A stretch of DNA of 64,000 nucleotides from Balanoglossus misakiensis (taxonomy: Eukaryota > Animalia > Hemichordata), in NCBI GenBank assembly GCA_040954595.2, contig CM082584.2, forward strand, positions 12,623,166 through 12,687,165, in the 5' to 3' direction. Made by a program: the position numbers and the translations under genes. Positions 1 to 38,063 of this stretch are shown piece by piece (positions within the stretch are counted from its first letter, which is position 1; the number at the start of each line of letters is the position of its first letter). Under the pieces are notes generated by a model. That model was not told where the DNA came from. It saw only the letters and a list, made by a program, of their open reading frames with translations, and did no database searches.

Positions 1-673
1 CGCTTTCTACGGTTTTGCTACACTCTATTTACATGCATACACTCAACTGTCTCCATGGCAACTGTTCTCTTGCCATCATTTCATTCAGCGTGTTAGCAAA
101 GAGGCGCATGAATAAGCCGTTATCGCCGTCATTGTATTGGCAAACTCTTATTCCCCGGGAGACTTTGCCTTACAAAAACTACCTACATCTTCCTTTGTGA
201 CTATGCTATGTAATATACATCAAGCATTCAGCACGTTTAAAAGACCGCTTTACAATTTCAACCGCCCTTTTACTAGAGAAAATAGAAAAATTAAAGACGT
301 TCGAAATTAGGTTTTTTGTATGAATCGGCTTCCATTCAAAGTTACTGATAAGGCTTAGTTACAAAAAGAACGCCGACATCAGAGTGGAGCAGTAATTTAT
401 TCTTTATCTGTAAAATAGTATTCCGTCGGGTGAATAGTCATTCACAGCCGAGCAGTGTCCACATAAAGCAAATCGCGACAAATCCACACTAGAGATCCAA
501 AATAACACGTCGTCTTGCTTGTGCATTAACAAGATGCGCCTAGTTCCAGTCTCATCCTGCTGCTTTTAAGAAGCTTTGAAAAATTCGCCCCTACGGAAAA
601 AACGTTTTTGTTTTTGTTTGCTAGTCTACTTTATCAAAATGCTGTCTCCATGGAAACTGACAATGGAGTGGCG

Positions 674-798
674 ATGTATGTATGTATGTATGTATGTATG
701 TATGTATGTATGTATGACTGTCTGTCTGTATGTCTGTCTGTATGTCTGTATGTATGTCTGTATGTATGTATGTATGTATGTATGTATGTATGTATGTA

Positions 799-829
<31 letters not shown>

Positions 830-1013
830 ATGTCTGTCTGTCTGTATGTATGTATGTATGTATGTATGTATGTATGTATGTATGTATGTATGTATGTATG
901 TATGTATGTATGTCTGTCTGTATGTCTGTCTGTCTGTCTGTCTGTCTGTATGTATGTATGTATGTATGTATGTATGTATGTATGTATGTATGTATGTATG
1001 TATGTATGTATGT
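674..1013. repeat. Compound tetranucleotide microsatellite (TATG)n/(TCTG)n
   Basis: About 340 bp of alternating TATG and TCTG blocks; it generates the spurious MYVC/HTYI ORFs. Confidence 0.98.
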
Positions 1014-2609
1014 CTCTGACTCAATATCTCTCACTAATGTAGCAATACAACTGGGGTCCAGGCCTACAAATACATCAAAAGCCCATGTTGACGTCTCCTT
1101 TGAAACGGGTGATTGACAGCAATTGTCGTATGAGAGACAGGCGAAAACTTCACGCTCCGTTAAACAAATAGCCACACAATGTTCTTTATCAGTGGCTGGG
1201 ATGTCTTTCAATCGCGCACACATCATCCCTGTATTTGGACAAGCGACTTGTCCACACAATAGAGCGATGCAAATGACGGTAAAGAAAATACAATTACACG
1301 CACGTCAATCCAGTCAATCTATCGCCTTGCATGTCACTTTCTCAACCAACCTCTGACGCAAAATCGAAGTTTCCGACAAAAAATTTCCCAAGTGGGTTTT
1401 CTAATGTAATAACGGTGTTTGGGAAAATTTTGCAGCGCAAATGTACACTTTAATCTAATAACAGGAGGAACTCATAAACGCCAGGAGTGAGCTGGCGATT
1501 CTGTTAGCTCTGTCGGGATGCTGGATTTTGCTGAATGCCACAGCTTTGAATCGTGTCGCGTGGAAATTTGTCGGAAATTAAGAACAATTTAGACCTTCCT
1601 TTAATGTTTGTCGGATTCATAAAATATCATCTCCTACGGTGCATGCACAACCGGGCCACTCACTGCCAACTTTATACTGATATTTTGTTTCTCGCTATCT
1701 TGTTCTCTCTCGCTAGCTCTCCCCGCCCTTCTCTCCTCTCTGTATGTGTGTCTGTCTCTCTCCTCTCTCTCTCTCCTTCCCCACCTGAGACAGTAGTTCT
1801 CTCTGTCATAAGTATTCATTTTACGGCCCTTGCGCGATAGACTCACTTCACAACGTGTCAAGTGCGCGACACGGAAACGCTTGTACCCCGCCTACACAGA
1901 ATATGCACAAGATTAGCCAACTGATTTCACACAAATCAAATTTTGCTGAAGTACGAGTATATTCTCTAGGACTCGCCCTACCCGCGATTCTACTTGTCAA
2001 GTATGTAACACTTGAATAAAAAAACGGAAAAAGGCCAAACGGAGGCTAATAGTTTTGTCTCTTCAAGACTCGAATGAGAAAGAAAACTCTATGAAACAGT
2101 ACATGATATAGAATACACTTGAAAAAGTTGAACTGGTGGTTTTAATCCCACATTACATCGTTCAGTCCCTACCCTCCCCTGTGTTAAAAGCTTGAGAGAT
2201 GCGTTCAGTATCGTCGACCATTCTGGCCTCTCGCTTGACAGAATTGGATTCGTGATGTAACTGCTGCAACTCTGTGCAAGCAGGAGGGTAGTGTTTGGTT
2301 TCTTTTCTGTGTTTGCTTGTAATGAATTGACTAGCGGATCAGAGTATAGAAGGTATATAAATCTGTTATAGTGTTGAAAGGTATTCACACATCTTACACC
2401 GGGTTCGTCCCTGCTTAATGAGACGGATTCAGCGGCTGTCGACTCGAAAGTGATGGATGGCATCGTTAATGGATCCGACCGTCGCTGGATCTGAATGTGA
2501 ATTTGAAATTCAATGTGTCAAACTGTTTACATTGCAGTTGGGGTTTTGAGGATTGAGTGGAGAAAAGAAAGCGAATGTCATCGGTGACACTCGCTCTGAT
2601 TATACCCGA

Positions 2610-2872
2610 ATAAACAAGATGGCGAATTAACCATGATCAATTGGGAAAATCACCGGGGGCCATCCATTTGCGCCCAAAGTTGGAAACATTTCGAAATCAG
2701 GGAAGAAATCGGTAGATCCTCCTTCCGCGAGTCTCGCGAGAGCTCAATCATACGTCATCAAATGTTGAAAGCTTCGATCACTGTATCTTTCGGCTATATT
2801 TTTCAGGATTTTGTTTTTATTAATATCAGCATGCAGTTAACTAAGGTGACCTCCTATGATTGGTGACGTGGG
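2610..2872. promoter_or_regulatory. Promoter-like motif cluster with no assigned gene
   Basis: AAGATGGCG (YY1-like, ~2617), TCTCGCGAGA palindrome (~2732), TACGTCA (~2750), and TGATTGG plus TGACGTGG (CCAAT/CRE, ~2857-2871) in a CpG-rich patch. Confidence 0.35.
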
Positions 2873-5800
2873 TCAAATTTAATGGTGCTATTTTCCATGT
2901 TTTGTGGAATTTAATTGTTATATGTAGGTATACTTCCGAGTCCATCGTGCATATATCTACGCTGACTTTATTTTTAAATTTATGATTTCCTTAAACTTTT
3001 ACACACGAATTGGATGAGTGCCTTGAGATGTGTGGTTTATCAGGAATGATCACGTGACTGTGGCGCATCGCAGCTGAAGTGAACATCTACAAAGGTGCAA
3101 ATGACCTTTAAAGCGCGGGAAAGAGCGAGATGTTTCTCCTCGATGTCGTATTGTCGTGTACACTTCGACTTGACATTCACTAGTAGCCGGAATGGTTTGT
3201 AGTGTAATGGAAAATGAGTCACCTATTGCTTCGCGCACTCCGAAGTGCATTTAGAATATAGAAAATAAGAGAGCGCGAACACCGCTTAACGACTTACCGC
3301 CGCTGCCAATAGTTGAAAAGGGCGGCAAACTACAGAAGGCTCCCGCACACAAAGCAAAAAATGGCGAGTAATTTGGAAGTACGACTTGATAAGCAGTCAG
3401 AATGACAGGCGTGTGGAGATTTTTAAGTAAATTCCTTCAAAAGACGAATAATAGGTCTTGATTGACGACTTCATCCCAGTTAAATGGAATAAAGTTGATC
3501 GCTCAATCAAAATGAAAATTTCATGAGCTTTTTCTTTCAACCCTGTAATTCTCAAGGGTAGCGTCGTTTTGACCGAGTTCACAGAGGGATTGGCGGTACC
3601 TTGTGTGTGTAGCCAAGAGAGAGGACAGCACGCTCACACGATCGCCTTATTAAATTTGCTTTATTTATAGAAATCTCTGGCTGTAAGCTTATCAAAGATT
3701 GAGCTTTCTCGCGTCATGAATAATTAATGAACACGTGCCGAATTTGTATATTTCATTTGACAACACGGCGACTGGTTAATACGGGCAACACCTGTCAGGG
3801 GCATGAACAACGCCCCCTGTCCTCATTATGTATTCGGATTTAATTTTACGCGGGACAAGATGGGTGTTTTCGAGGTGATTTTTTTTTCAAAGTGTGGAAA
3901 TTTTCTTCATTACTACCTCATCTTTTAATTTGGTTGCTGCTTGTTGGTTGGATGATATGATAGAATTAAATAAAATAGTTTAAAAGCGACACGTTTTACG
4001 ATGTTGTCCAACGCTGTCTCCATTCCCCCTCCTCCCCTTTTTCCTGTTTTGTTCGCCCAAGTGCGAGACATTTTCTTGACGAGAAAAATTAAATTTACAC
4101 CAGACAGGCGCCGACGATTTGTTGCATATGACTTGCGATTTTGCATGTGGAATTTGGACCAGAATCAATTATAATCCATACATCTCGCATAACTTGCATG
4201 GTTGAGAATCAGTTCTCCGGATGTCGTCGTTAAGCTACATAGTCGGTTTGACTCATTTTGATTTTTAACGACAGCCGCGAGACACCTATAATATATGGAT
4301 TTGCCTCCTGCTAACCGGGCTTAGACGCGAAATGTCAGTCAGAATGCTCATGGCGGATTCATGGGTACATCGATTTGTACTTACTGTACGCCTGTTACCA
4401 AGGCGACGGAAGCATGTGTGGAAGTTTGACGCCAGAGCAAGAATTTTGAACAGGTAGTGGAGCCCCATGGGATATGCAAATCACCAATCACTGTCTCTTC
4501 ACTTTATTGTCAAAGACAGTATTTGTTTGAAATCCCTGTCTGCCTACTTGCCCGCAGAACACTTTTTTTTGGGGGGGGGGGGGGGATTTTCAACATCCAG
4601 AAGCAAGTCATACTTTGTTAATCCCTGTATCGTATGTACATTCTCTCCCTGGAATGATTTTTGCGTTTTCTGCTTTACGGTTCAGTCAAGCCACGGGGAA
4701 CGATTTTTACCGGATATGAAAATGAAAAAGTTGTTTTTTTAGCTCGAAGGTACATTCACCCAGGACTTCGAAATTTCGTCAAATAATTAACTTGCGCTGT
4801 TTAGTCATCATCAAATCACACACCACACCACAGTTAACAGATGTATCCCAAGTCGTAACAAGTATGAACATGGCTGCCTAAGTCAGATCAAGTTGCAAGT
4901 TTTAATGACCTGACCAGGCACCGGTTATTTTAATTACCCAAATCTTAATTACTTGTAACCCGAAACTGGTGCAGTCTTATTTACTCTGTCAAAGTATGGG
5001 AAATCCATGAGAGGTTGCAACAAATCCAGACTTGGTAGTTACTAGTAAGTGTGCCAAATCCAGAACACCCAGCGCATTCTAGTTCTGCCTGTGGCAAGAC
5101 GCCATTTTGTCAGGTGTACACACACGTTGAGAGCATTCGATATCTTAACGCGAGAGGGCGGGCTGCAAGACAGTGTATTTGTAGGGCTTTCTGCTCAAAA
5201 AGCAACAATTTTCTGGGTAACATTAACCACTTTGGCAAATTTATAGTAAACAACGCATGGTGTTTATACGATACAACTTAACTAGAAGATTGACAATGGC
5301 TATCGAATTTGAAAAACGCATTTTTGAAGGATTAAAACGCGACACACTTGAAGCAGTACATGAACACACCCGAAAATTACAATGCCCGTGAGTGCTACAA
5401 GGAGCGATTTGATACGCAAAATGTGCACTTCCCTTGTCTTTAAAAACAAGTCGAATGAATTTAATGTACTGAATTGGAATATACTTGAAACATATTAACT
5501 AACATATCGGGAAAATCATCGTAGATAGTAGAGTGACTGTCGCTTGCAGGAAAAAGCGCGCCTCTAAGATGGTCACGTGACCATAATGCGCATCCTAGCT
5601 AGTGGCCTCATGTAGACATCTTGAGACGCAAACTTTCCAACCTACCATTTTGCTCTAGCACGACTTTTGACCCAACAACGTACAGTTATTTTGAAGAAAA
5701 TGAAATAACGCTTCAAGGAGATAATATTAAACTTACCAGCAAACAATCGTCTGCCATTCCATCCGAAATAAACGGGTTCAGGAAAGTGGAGCGACGTCCA

Positions 5801-6169
5801 TACAAATGGCAAGTGAACTGACGATGACATCCATTTCACGTTGCGACGTCAGAAATTCAACACGTGGAGCAGTGTTGTAATTTAGCTGAGTCCTGACTGA
5901 CCTTTTACTACTAACTTGACTACAGCTACATGGTCTGTACAGCCCCAAAACCACGCTGTTGGTCCATCCGCAGCCACGCGTAGACTCCCCAATTTCCGCC
6001 ACGAGGACTCGACTGATGGGGCAGCTATGTTGCCATGGTGATGACCTGAATGAGGGCAACCTTGCAGATCACTACAGCAGTATGCAAATTAATGCACCTG
6101 AAAATTTAAATGAAGAAAACAGGTGCTACTGCTAAGCCATCAGACAGACAATATGATCGAGTTTTATAT

Positions 6170-9100
6170 ATTTTTTATTGCAACAGAGACGTTTAATACA
6201 AAGTAACACAATTAATTTGCAAATGTACACATGATTACTAAAGATACAACCAAACTCACAAAATCCTTCACAGTGTCTGACCTGGTCTCAATCAACAGTG
6301 TAACTTATACAAAGGTCAGAAGAAGTAAATAATTTACAAAAAAAGAAAACTCAACAGAGGGACCTATATGAAGTCTCTCTATAAACCCAAAACATTTGTA
6401 CAAAGTTTTTTGAAAGTGATTTTTTAACAATCACACTGGTTAATACGTAAAGTTTCAAAAAAATCTCCAGATTCAAAAAATATTACAAATTCATCAGTAT
6501 CCAATTATTTTTTTTGCTTCAAATAAACTTCTGGGAACAAAAAGCAAACAAACTTACACCACTGATCAAAATGTAGACTTTCCATAGAAGTGATATTGTC
6601 ATATTTTCCCAATAGTTAACTTTTATCTTGAAAATAGTTGGTTCAAGAGAGCTTAAGATAGTTGAAAACATGACGACAGAGACTAGTCATGGTGCCATGG
6701 CGACAGACTAGTCTTGTCACCGCCCTGTAAACATGCATGTGATCAGGGGTGAGCAAATCCAGCGGTCCAGGGCCTGAAAGACCAGTTTTAGTATTTTTCC
6801 GGCATTGCTTACCCCTGCATGTTTCACCAATTATTTTTCTACTAACAGTTGGTCAGATCTCAGTAGAAATACTGTTTTACAAGCCACATATATTATTTCC
6901 ATTCACTAATAAAAAACCCACATAACTATTTCAAACATTTTGAGAAGCACAAAAATAGAATCTGAGTGTCTAGAATTCTCTACTTTAAATCTTAATGCGT
7001 CTTGGACTTCAATGGGTTGCTTAACAATTGAATTACTTCAGCTCGCCACAAGAGGGCGGTGCTCACTACTACAACACTACAGAACGAAAGTTAAGGGGGC
7101 CTGGTCACTATGGCAACAAGAAGTCGTGGAAAAGTTTCCCCTGGACCTATCAAAACCGACAATATCAACAACACATTTATTAAAGCATTCAAAAAAGCGA
7201 ATAAAAAAATCTTAACCCAGTTGAAGAATTTTCTCCCCCTCAAATTTCTGAAACTTACAATTTTGTGGACTGCAAAAATGCGAAGGCGTATCAAATAGGT
7301 AGACAGTTCTGACTAGTCTTGCAAAAGAAAATTAATCATGAAAATTTCAGCAAAACACTCAAGGGAGGTGCAGCCACCACTAGACTTATTTGACAAAGCA
7401 ACATCATTTACCCGTTTCACACATATCTCATTAAAGTTACAATTACTGAGTCCTACAGGGCCCACAGCTTATTCATTGGAAAAAACATGGTTACAAATAT
7501 TATTGGATATTTCAAAATTTGGGTAAAATTACCTCAAAAGTCACCTATGAGGAGTAATGAACATGTGTTTTTCACTGATCAAGATTTCAGTGACTATTCA
7601 TAAGAGTAGAGCAGAAAGTTGCACTTCAAAAATATTACATAAAAAGGTAAAAGGTACAGTATTTCAGTGTTTCCTGTTTACGTGTAACAAAATATCGGTT
7701 TGCGCAGCATTACCATGGAAACTGACTGGTGAACCTCACCACCAATTAAAAAAATCAATAAATTAATTTTTTCATTAATTAATAACTTCTTTGAATCGGA
7801 GTGCTAAGTCATCACAAGAAAACTTGAAATATGTGGAAAAATTTACAAAAATTCAAAACTTTCCCCAGAATAATAAAGTTCAAATAATTAGTGGAAAATA
7901 ATCAAATCAAACATGCAACTTGCAAACATTTTCCGACAATAATGTTTCACACGCATTCTTGTCTGTTCAGAACAAAGGGTCAAATTACCCTGAATAATAA
8001 TGTGTGGACAAAGAGTAAACTGTCAGTTTCAGAGTTTCTTCTTTCAGAAACACTGGACACCCGTACACTCACACAGACTGACAGACACACAGACACACAA
8101 GAGAAAAACCCACACAGAAACCATTGCACAAAATTTCCCGTCTCCAAGGAAACAGCAAGTTATTTTAAAAACAGCGAATGGCAAAAGCTCAGTACTGGTT
8201 GTGTATTTTGATTATACGTACACTTTATGAAAGATTTTGAATGGGGCACCGGATACAGAAACCTTCTAAATGCAGCCGTCCAGTTTCCATGGAAACGATG
8301 TACTGCTAATGGCACCTAGGGATAACAGCTGAACTTCAACAATTGGAAGATGGCATGTCTTGTGAAAAGATGTGCTCAAATGGAGAAGTTGATTTCTGTA
8401 CAGAACTAGAGCACAGATGTTGGTCTCTGTTTCATGACGCAGTTGAATTCACTGTAACATTTCCCGCAATGTACGAGGGGGGCGAGACTGCATCCTGGAA
8501 TCACAAATTGCATGATGGGCAGCTTGCACAACAACAGAACAAATGGTGACTTCCTCATGAAAACTCAACCCAACTCTCTGCTTCAAGATCGAAAAATCTG
8601 CTTACAAAGTATTCCTGAGGTGTCCCTAGCAATTTGTTTTTTTTTTCTTCAACTCTTGGACATGTTGGGATAATCGCTCACACAAAGATATCAAAATGTT
8701 TGTTTTTTTTGTGAGGGTTGGGGTGGGGAATAATAATAATTAGAAAGGAGATGGAGCATCTGGACTGACTTGAACCAGTCTAGACTGGTTTCTTGGTCTG
8801 CGTGACCACAGTATGTTCTGGGCAAAGACTCACAGAGTCAATTTCATATTCAGCCTACAAGTATCTTGGTTACAGAAAATATGGACCCTGCATATAGTAA
8901 AAAGATTGAATGCAATTCCCTTTTTTTGTTTCATTTTTTCCCCCCGTGAATGACAGCAATGTGAAGGACAAATGCTGCATGGACACACTACGGATTCATG
9001 GGTTTTAAGTCTTCAAACTTCATTCACGACACAAGCAACCCTACAATGAAGGTAAGCGTGTCTGTCTGCATGTTACTGGGAGACTTTATCAGGTTTCTTT

Positions 9101-10430
9101 CTGACATGTGACCAATAATACTTAATACAAATTGAACTTCACACGGTTGAACACAGGCCAATACTTTCCCACACAAAGTACCATTTTGTACCCTCAAAGA
9201 TGCACATACGTGCATCAATTTTTTATGGAAGATATCTGTAAAAACTGATCCACATATTTTGAATCTCAACTTGAAAAGGGTTTTGGTCCAAAAATAGCCT
9301 ATTCTACCACCTTAAAATAATAATACATTTTTTGTAGAAACCCCCCCCCCCCCTTTTTTTTAATTTGAAGGTTCACAAAACCCAACAGAACTCTCATCTG
9401 AAAGGTGCTAGATTACTTCTATGATGGGCTGTTTGTGGTGCTTTAAGGCTGCATTCACACTAATCAGTATTTCAGTTAGTTTATGTCGAAAAGTTGACAA
9501 ATTATTTGATTTTCTTAAATATTTCTGAAGGAATACAAATTGGAATGGAATGTTTCTTGATGTAAGTAGCACCCTCTCGGAATGGGAAAACAAGTTCATA
9601 TCCTGAGTGCTCTTAGTTCCAATCTCAGCTGCAAATATCTTAGGTCACAGAAACAGCCTTGTCCAATATTGTATTATTATTTTATAGTATTAGTTAGAGC
9701 TTAACCTTAAATTTTATCAACTGCGGTGGTAATTTCAGATGGTAAAAAACATTATACTTTTATAAAACTGATATCTAAGCTTTAAAAAAATTGCAGTATC
9801 TTGGACAGTTCTTGGTTGATTTGACACACTAGTGTGTGCGGTTCAGATTGGTTGCAATGCTCTCGATAATTATTAGGTGCTCTGGTTATTCGAACAAGAT
9901 GAAACCAGTCCAAGCCAGTTTCTGGTACAACTTGGACTGATTTGTGCTTTTTGCTGCCTTTCTCTATACTGCACTGCAGTATATTTGCTATATTGATTTC
10001 AGGTCTTTGAATGAGGTGATCTACACTGACTTGAACCAGTTTGAACCAGTCCAAGCTGGTCTATGGCACAGCTTGGACTGCTTCATGCACTGAAGTCACA
10101 ATACTCCCACAGAATATTGCTGTAATTTTCTGATGACTATCCAAGGTATGCACGACTGGTTTAAACCATTCCAGACCAGTTTTCAGCTGCTGCTCAGGTT
10201 TCTTGCATAGGTTGTCAATAGCAGAGCATACTACACAAACAGCGATGCTGAGGTAGTTTTATCATCAACTTCACCCGGGACGACCTGTAAAATAGTAAGA
10301 TTTTGTCCTATTGAGAAAGTGCATATGGTGTATATGTGTGTCAAAAATATATATGATTAGATAAGTTTGCAATCTGCACTTCAAAATGAGATATTTTTTC
10401 ATTATTCACCTTGCCTTGATGTGGTACTTC
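6170..10430 (-). other. DOT1L: Probable long DOT1L 3' UTR containing an intron at 10285-10409
   Basis: After the TAG stop there is a donor AAG|GTGAAT at 10409 and an acceptor TTTTACAG|G at 10285. Minus-strand ATTAAA (~6192-6197) and AATAAA (~6174-6179) are candidate poly(A) signals. The sequence is AT-rich with no credible ORF. Confidence 0.5.
6744..6817. mobile_element. Possible short hAT-like MITE remnant
   Basis: Ends CAGGGGTGAGCAA and TTGCTTACCCCTG form an imperfect 13-bp TIR; the 8-bp flanks CATGTGAT and CATGTTTC match only partly. Confidence 0.4.
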
Positions 10431-29556
<19,126 letters not shown>

Positions 29557-29699
29557 CGTACAAGGTCCTGTCCACAGACCACCAGATCATGCAATCGTCG
29601 GAACGAGAAATGATCAATTTTGAGTCATTTTTTCCTGATAAAGTATCCACTGGATCGTGATATGGAAATCCCACATGTGTGAATACACTAATTTCAAGC

Positions 29700-29835
29700 T
29701 TATCCCACGAAGCCGCATCACGTGACAACGGGACGCTCCGCCATTGGTCAGCGTATGTAACAAATCAAAGAGAGGTGGCACGGGGCGAGCCTTGACCGAT
29801 TGCCGCCGTCAGGTCACGTACATACACACAGCACG
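29700..29835 (-). promoter_or_regulatory. DOT1L proximal promoter
   Basis: CpG-rich; TCACGTGAC E-box (~29718), CCAAT box (ccattgg ~29741) and GTCACGT about 150-270 bp upstream of the ATG. Confidence 0.5.
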
Positions 29836-31228
29836 TCCGCCTAGCGTCATGTGTGTATATACTTATCAACACACCCACGGGAATGCGTAAAATCATCCAG
29901 CTACTACTGATGGAGAAAGATGAATCAACTATTCTCGCATATATGCTTCAAATCCGAAAAGAAAAATCACAAAACACTGACAAAATAGGAGGAAACTCGA
30001 TAGTAATTCATCACTTGGTTACCATAGTGATGGACTAGTTATATGACATCATCATTACTCCCACTCAAGTTCTGAGGTCTTTCCTGTTTATTTGTCTAGA
30101 ATTCCGATTTTGTTTTGTTACTTCCAGTCGGGAAATGCAATATCATCGAATAAAATAAATATATTTTGACGATTCATACAAAACATGATTATACTCTTTC
30201 ATGTGATGTTCAGTATATAGGCCGGAAGGATTTCACACCACACAACATCTATTGACATCAAAACAGAAGGCAAACAAGTTCGCTCTCAGGAATTCGACGA
30301 AAACAACGCTCTGTGGCTTTTGAAAACTAATACCTGTAATGATTTTTCAACAGCCATGACTGTTTCGCTGAATTGAAGATTTTGACACCCACTGACTTCC
30401 TCACCCCCACCAAATAAGTAGAATGACTGGTTGATATAGAATACAAGACTTTTCAAACAGCTCTGCTAAATCTGTAAAAGACAGAATACATGTAATGATC
30501 ACCTGTCCATGTCTTTAGTGGGACTGTATGTAGTACTGTGATCCAATTACCAGGGACTCATGCCTGAGGTTAAATAATTGATCAAGAACAGAAACCTTGA
30601 CCCAGCAAGGATACAACCACACCCCTTTGATAGTATTGGAGCCAATCATAATGGGTTGTATTTGGGCCAATCAAATCCAATTGTTTTAGTGTACAGTACA
30701 TATTTTTGTGTTCAATTTTCATGTCACATCATAGAAACAATGGACATAAAAACTAATCATTCTGTAGACAGTCTGAACTACTAGTTGTGGTCTCACTTAC
30801 CTTGCAGTAACTCTTTGACCCCCAGTTGACGTGTATAATGAGCATTTCAATAAAGAGAGCCACCACCAATAGAATTGAGAAAATGCAATTCAGCATTTTC
30901 TATAAAATAATTTCAATGTCAGTAAATGTAATTATAAGGAACAATGTTTAATTTCTGTGTGGCCTTGGCAATATTGACAGCAAATTGTTCATAAAAAAGA
31001 CTCCAGACAGGACATTGATTTCATGTGTTTACCTCTGGTTTTCCTTTATTCAGAATTTCAAGTTAAAAAAAAAAACATGGTGATTTCACATTTCTGTTGC
31101 AAGTCACATACGTTACAGATGGCCACGGTCAAATGCAACCCTTTGGGAAAGATTACACACTCCCGAGGACACTGTACAATATCTCACAATTGATTGTATG
31201 TAAATGAACATTCCGTGACTGAGTCCCT

Positions 31229-37902
<6,674 letters not shown>

Positions 37903-38048
37903 TCTCCAGAGACGTCCGTGGCCCCCCTTGCTGTCGTAGCCTTAGGTTAGCACTAGTTGTACATTTGAAGTGAAATTGTTTGTGTAAACATCATGTACGG
38001 AGCCAAAATAAGGTAAAACCACGCGTGGGCAAAACAAAACGAGACAAA

Positions 38049-38063
38049 TTTGAAACTTCCGCC
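38049..38063 (-). promoter_or_regulatory. CDE/CHR (E2F/DREAM-type) element in the RAD54L promoter
   Basis: Minus strand reads GGCGG-AAGT-TTCAAA (CDE, 4-nt spacer, inverse CHR), about 150 bp upstream of the ATG. Confidence 0.55.

Noticed and set aside
576-1259. Five overlapping ORFs of 128-212 aa (MYVC/HTYI repeats)
   Set aside because: They are translations of a stop-free tetranucleotide microsatellite.
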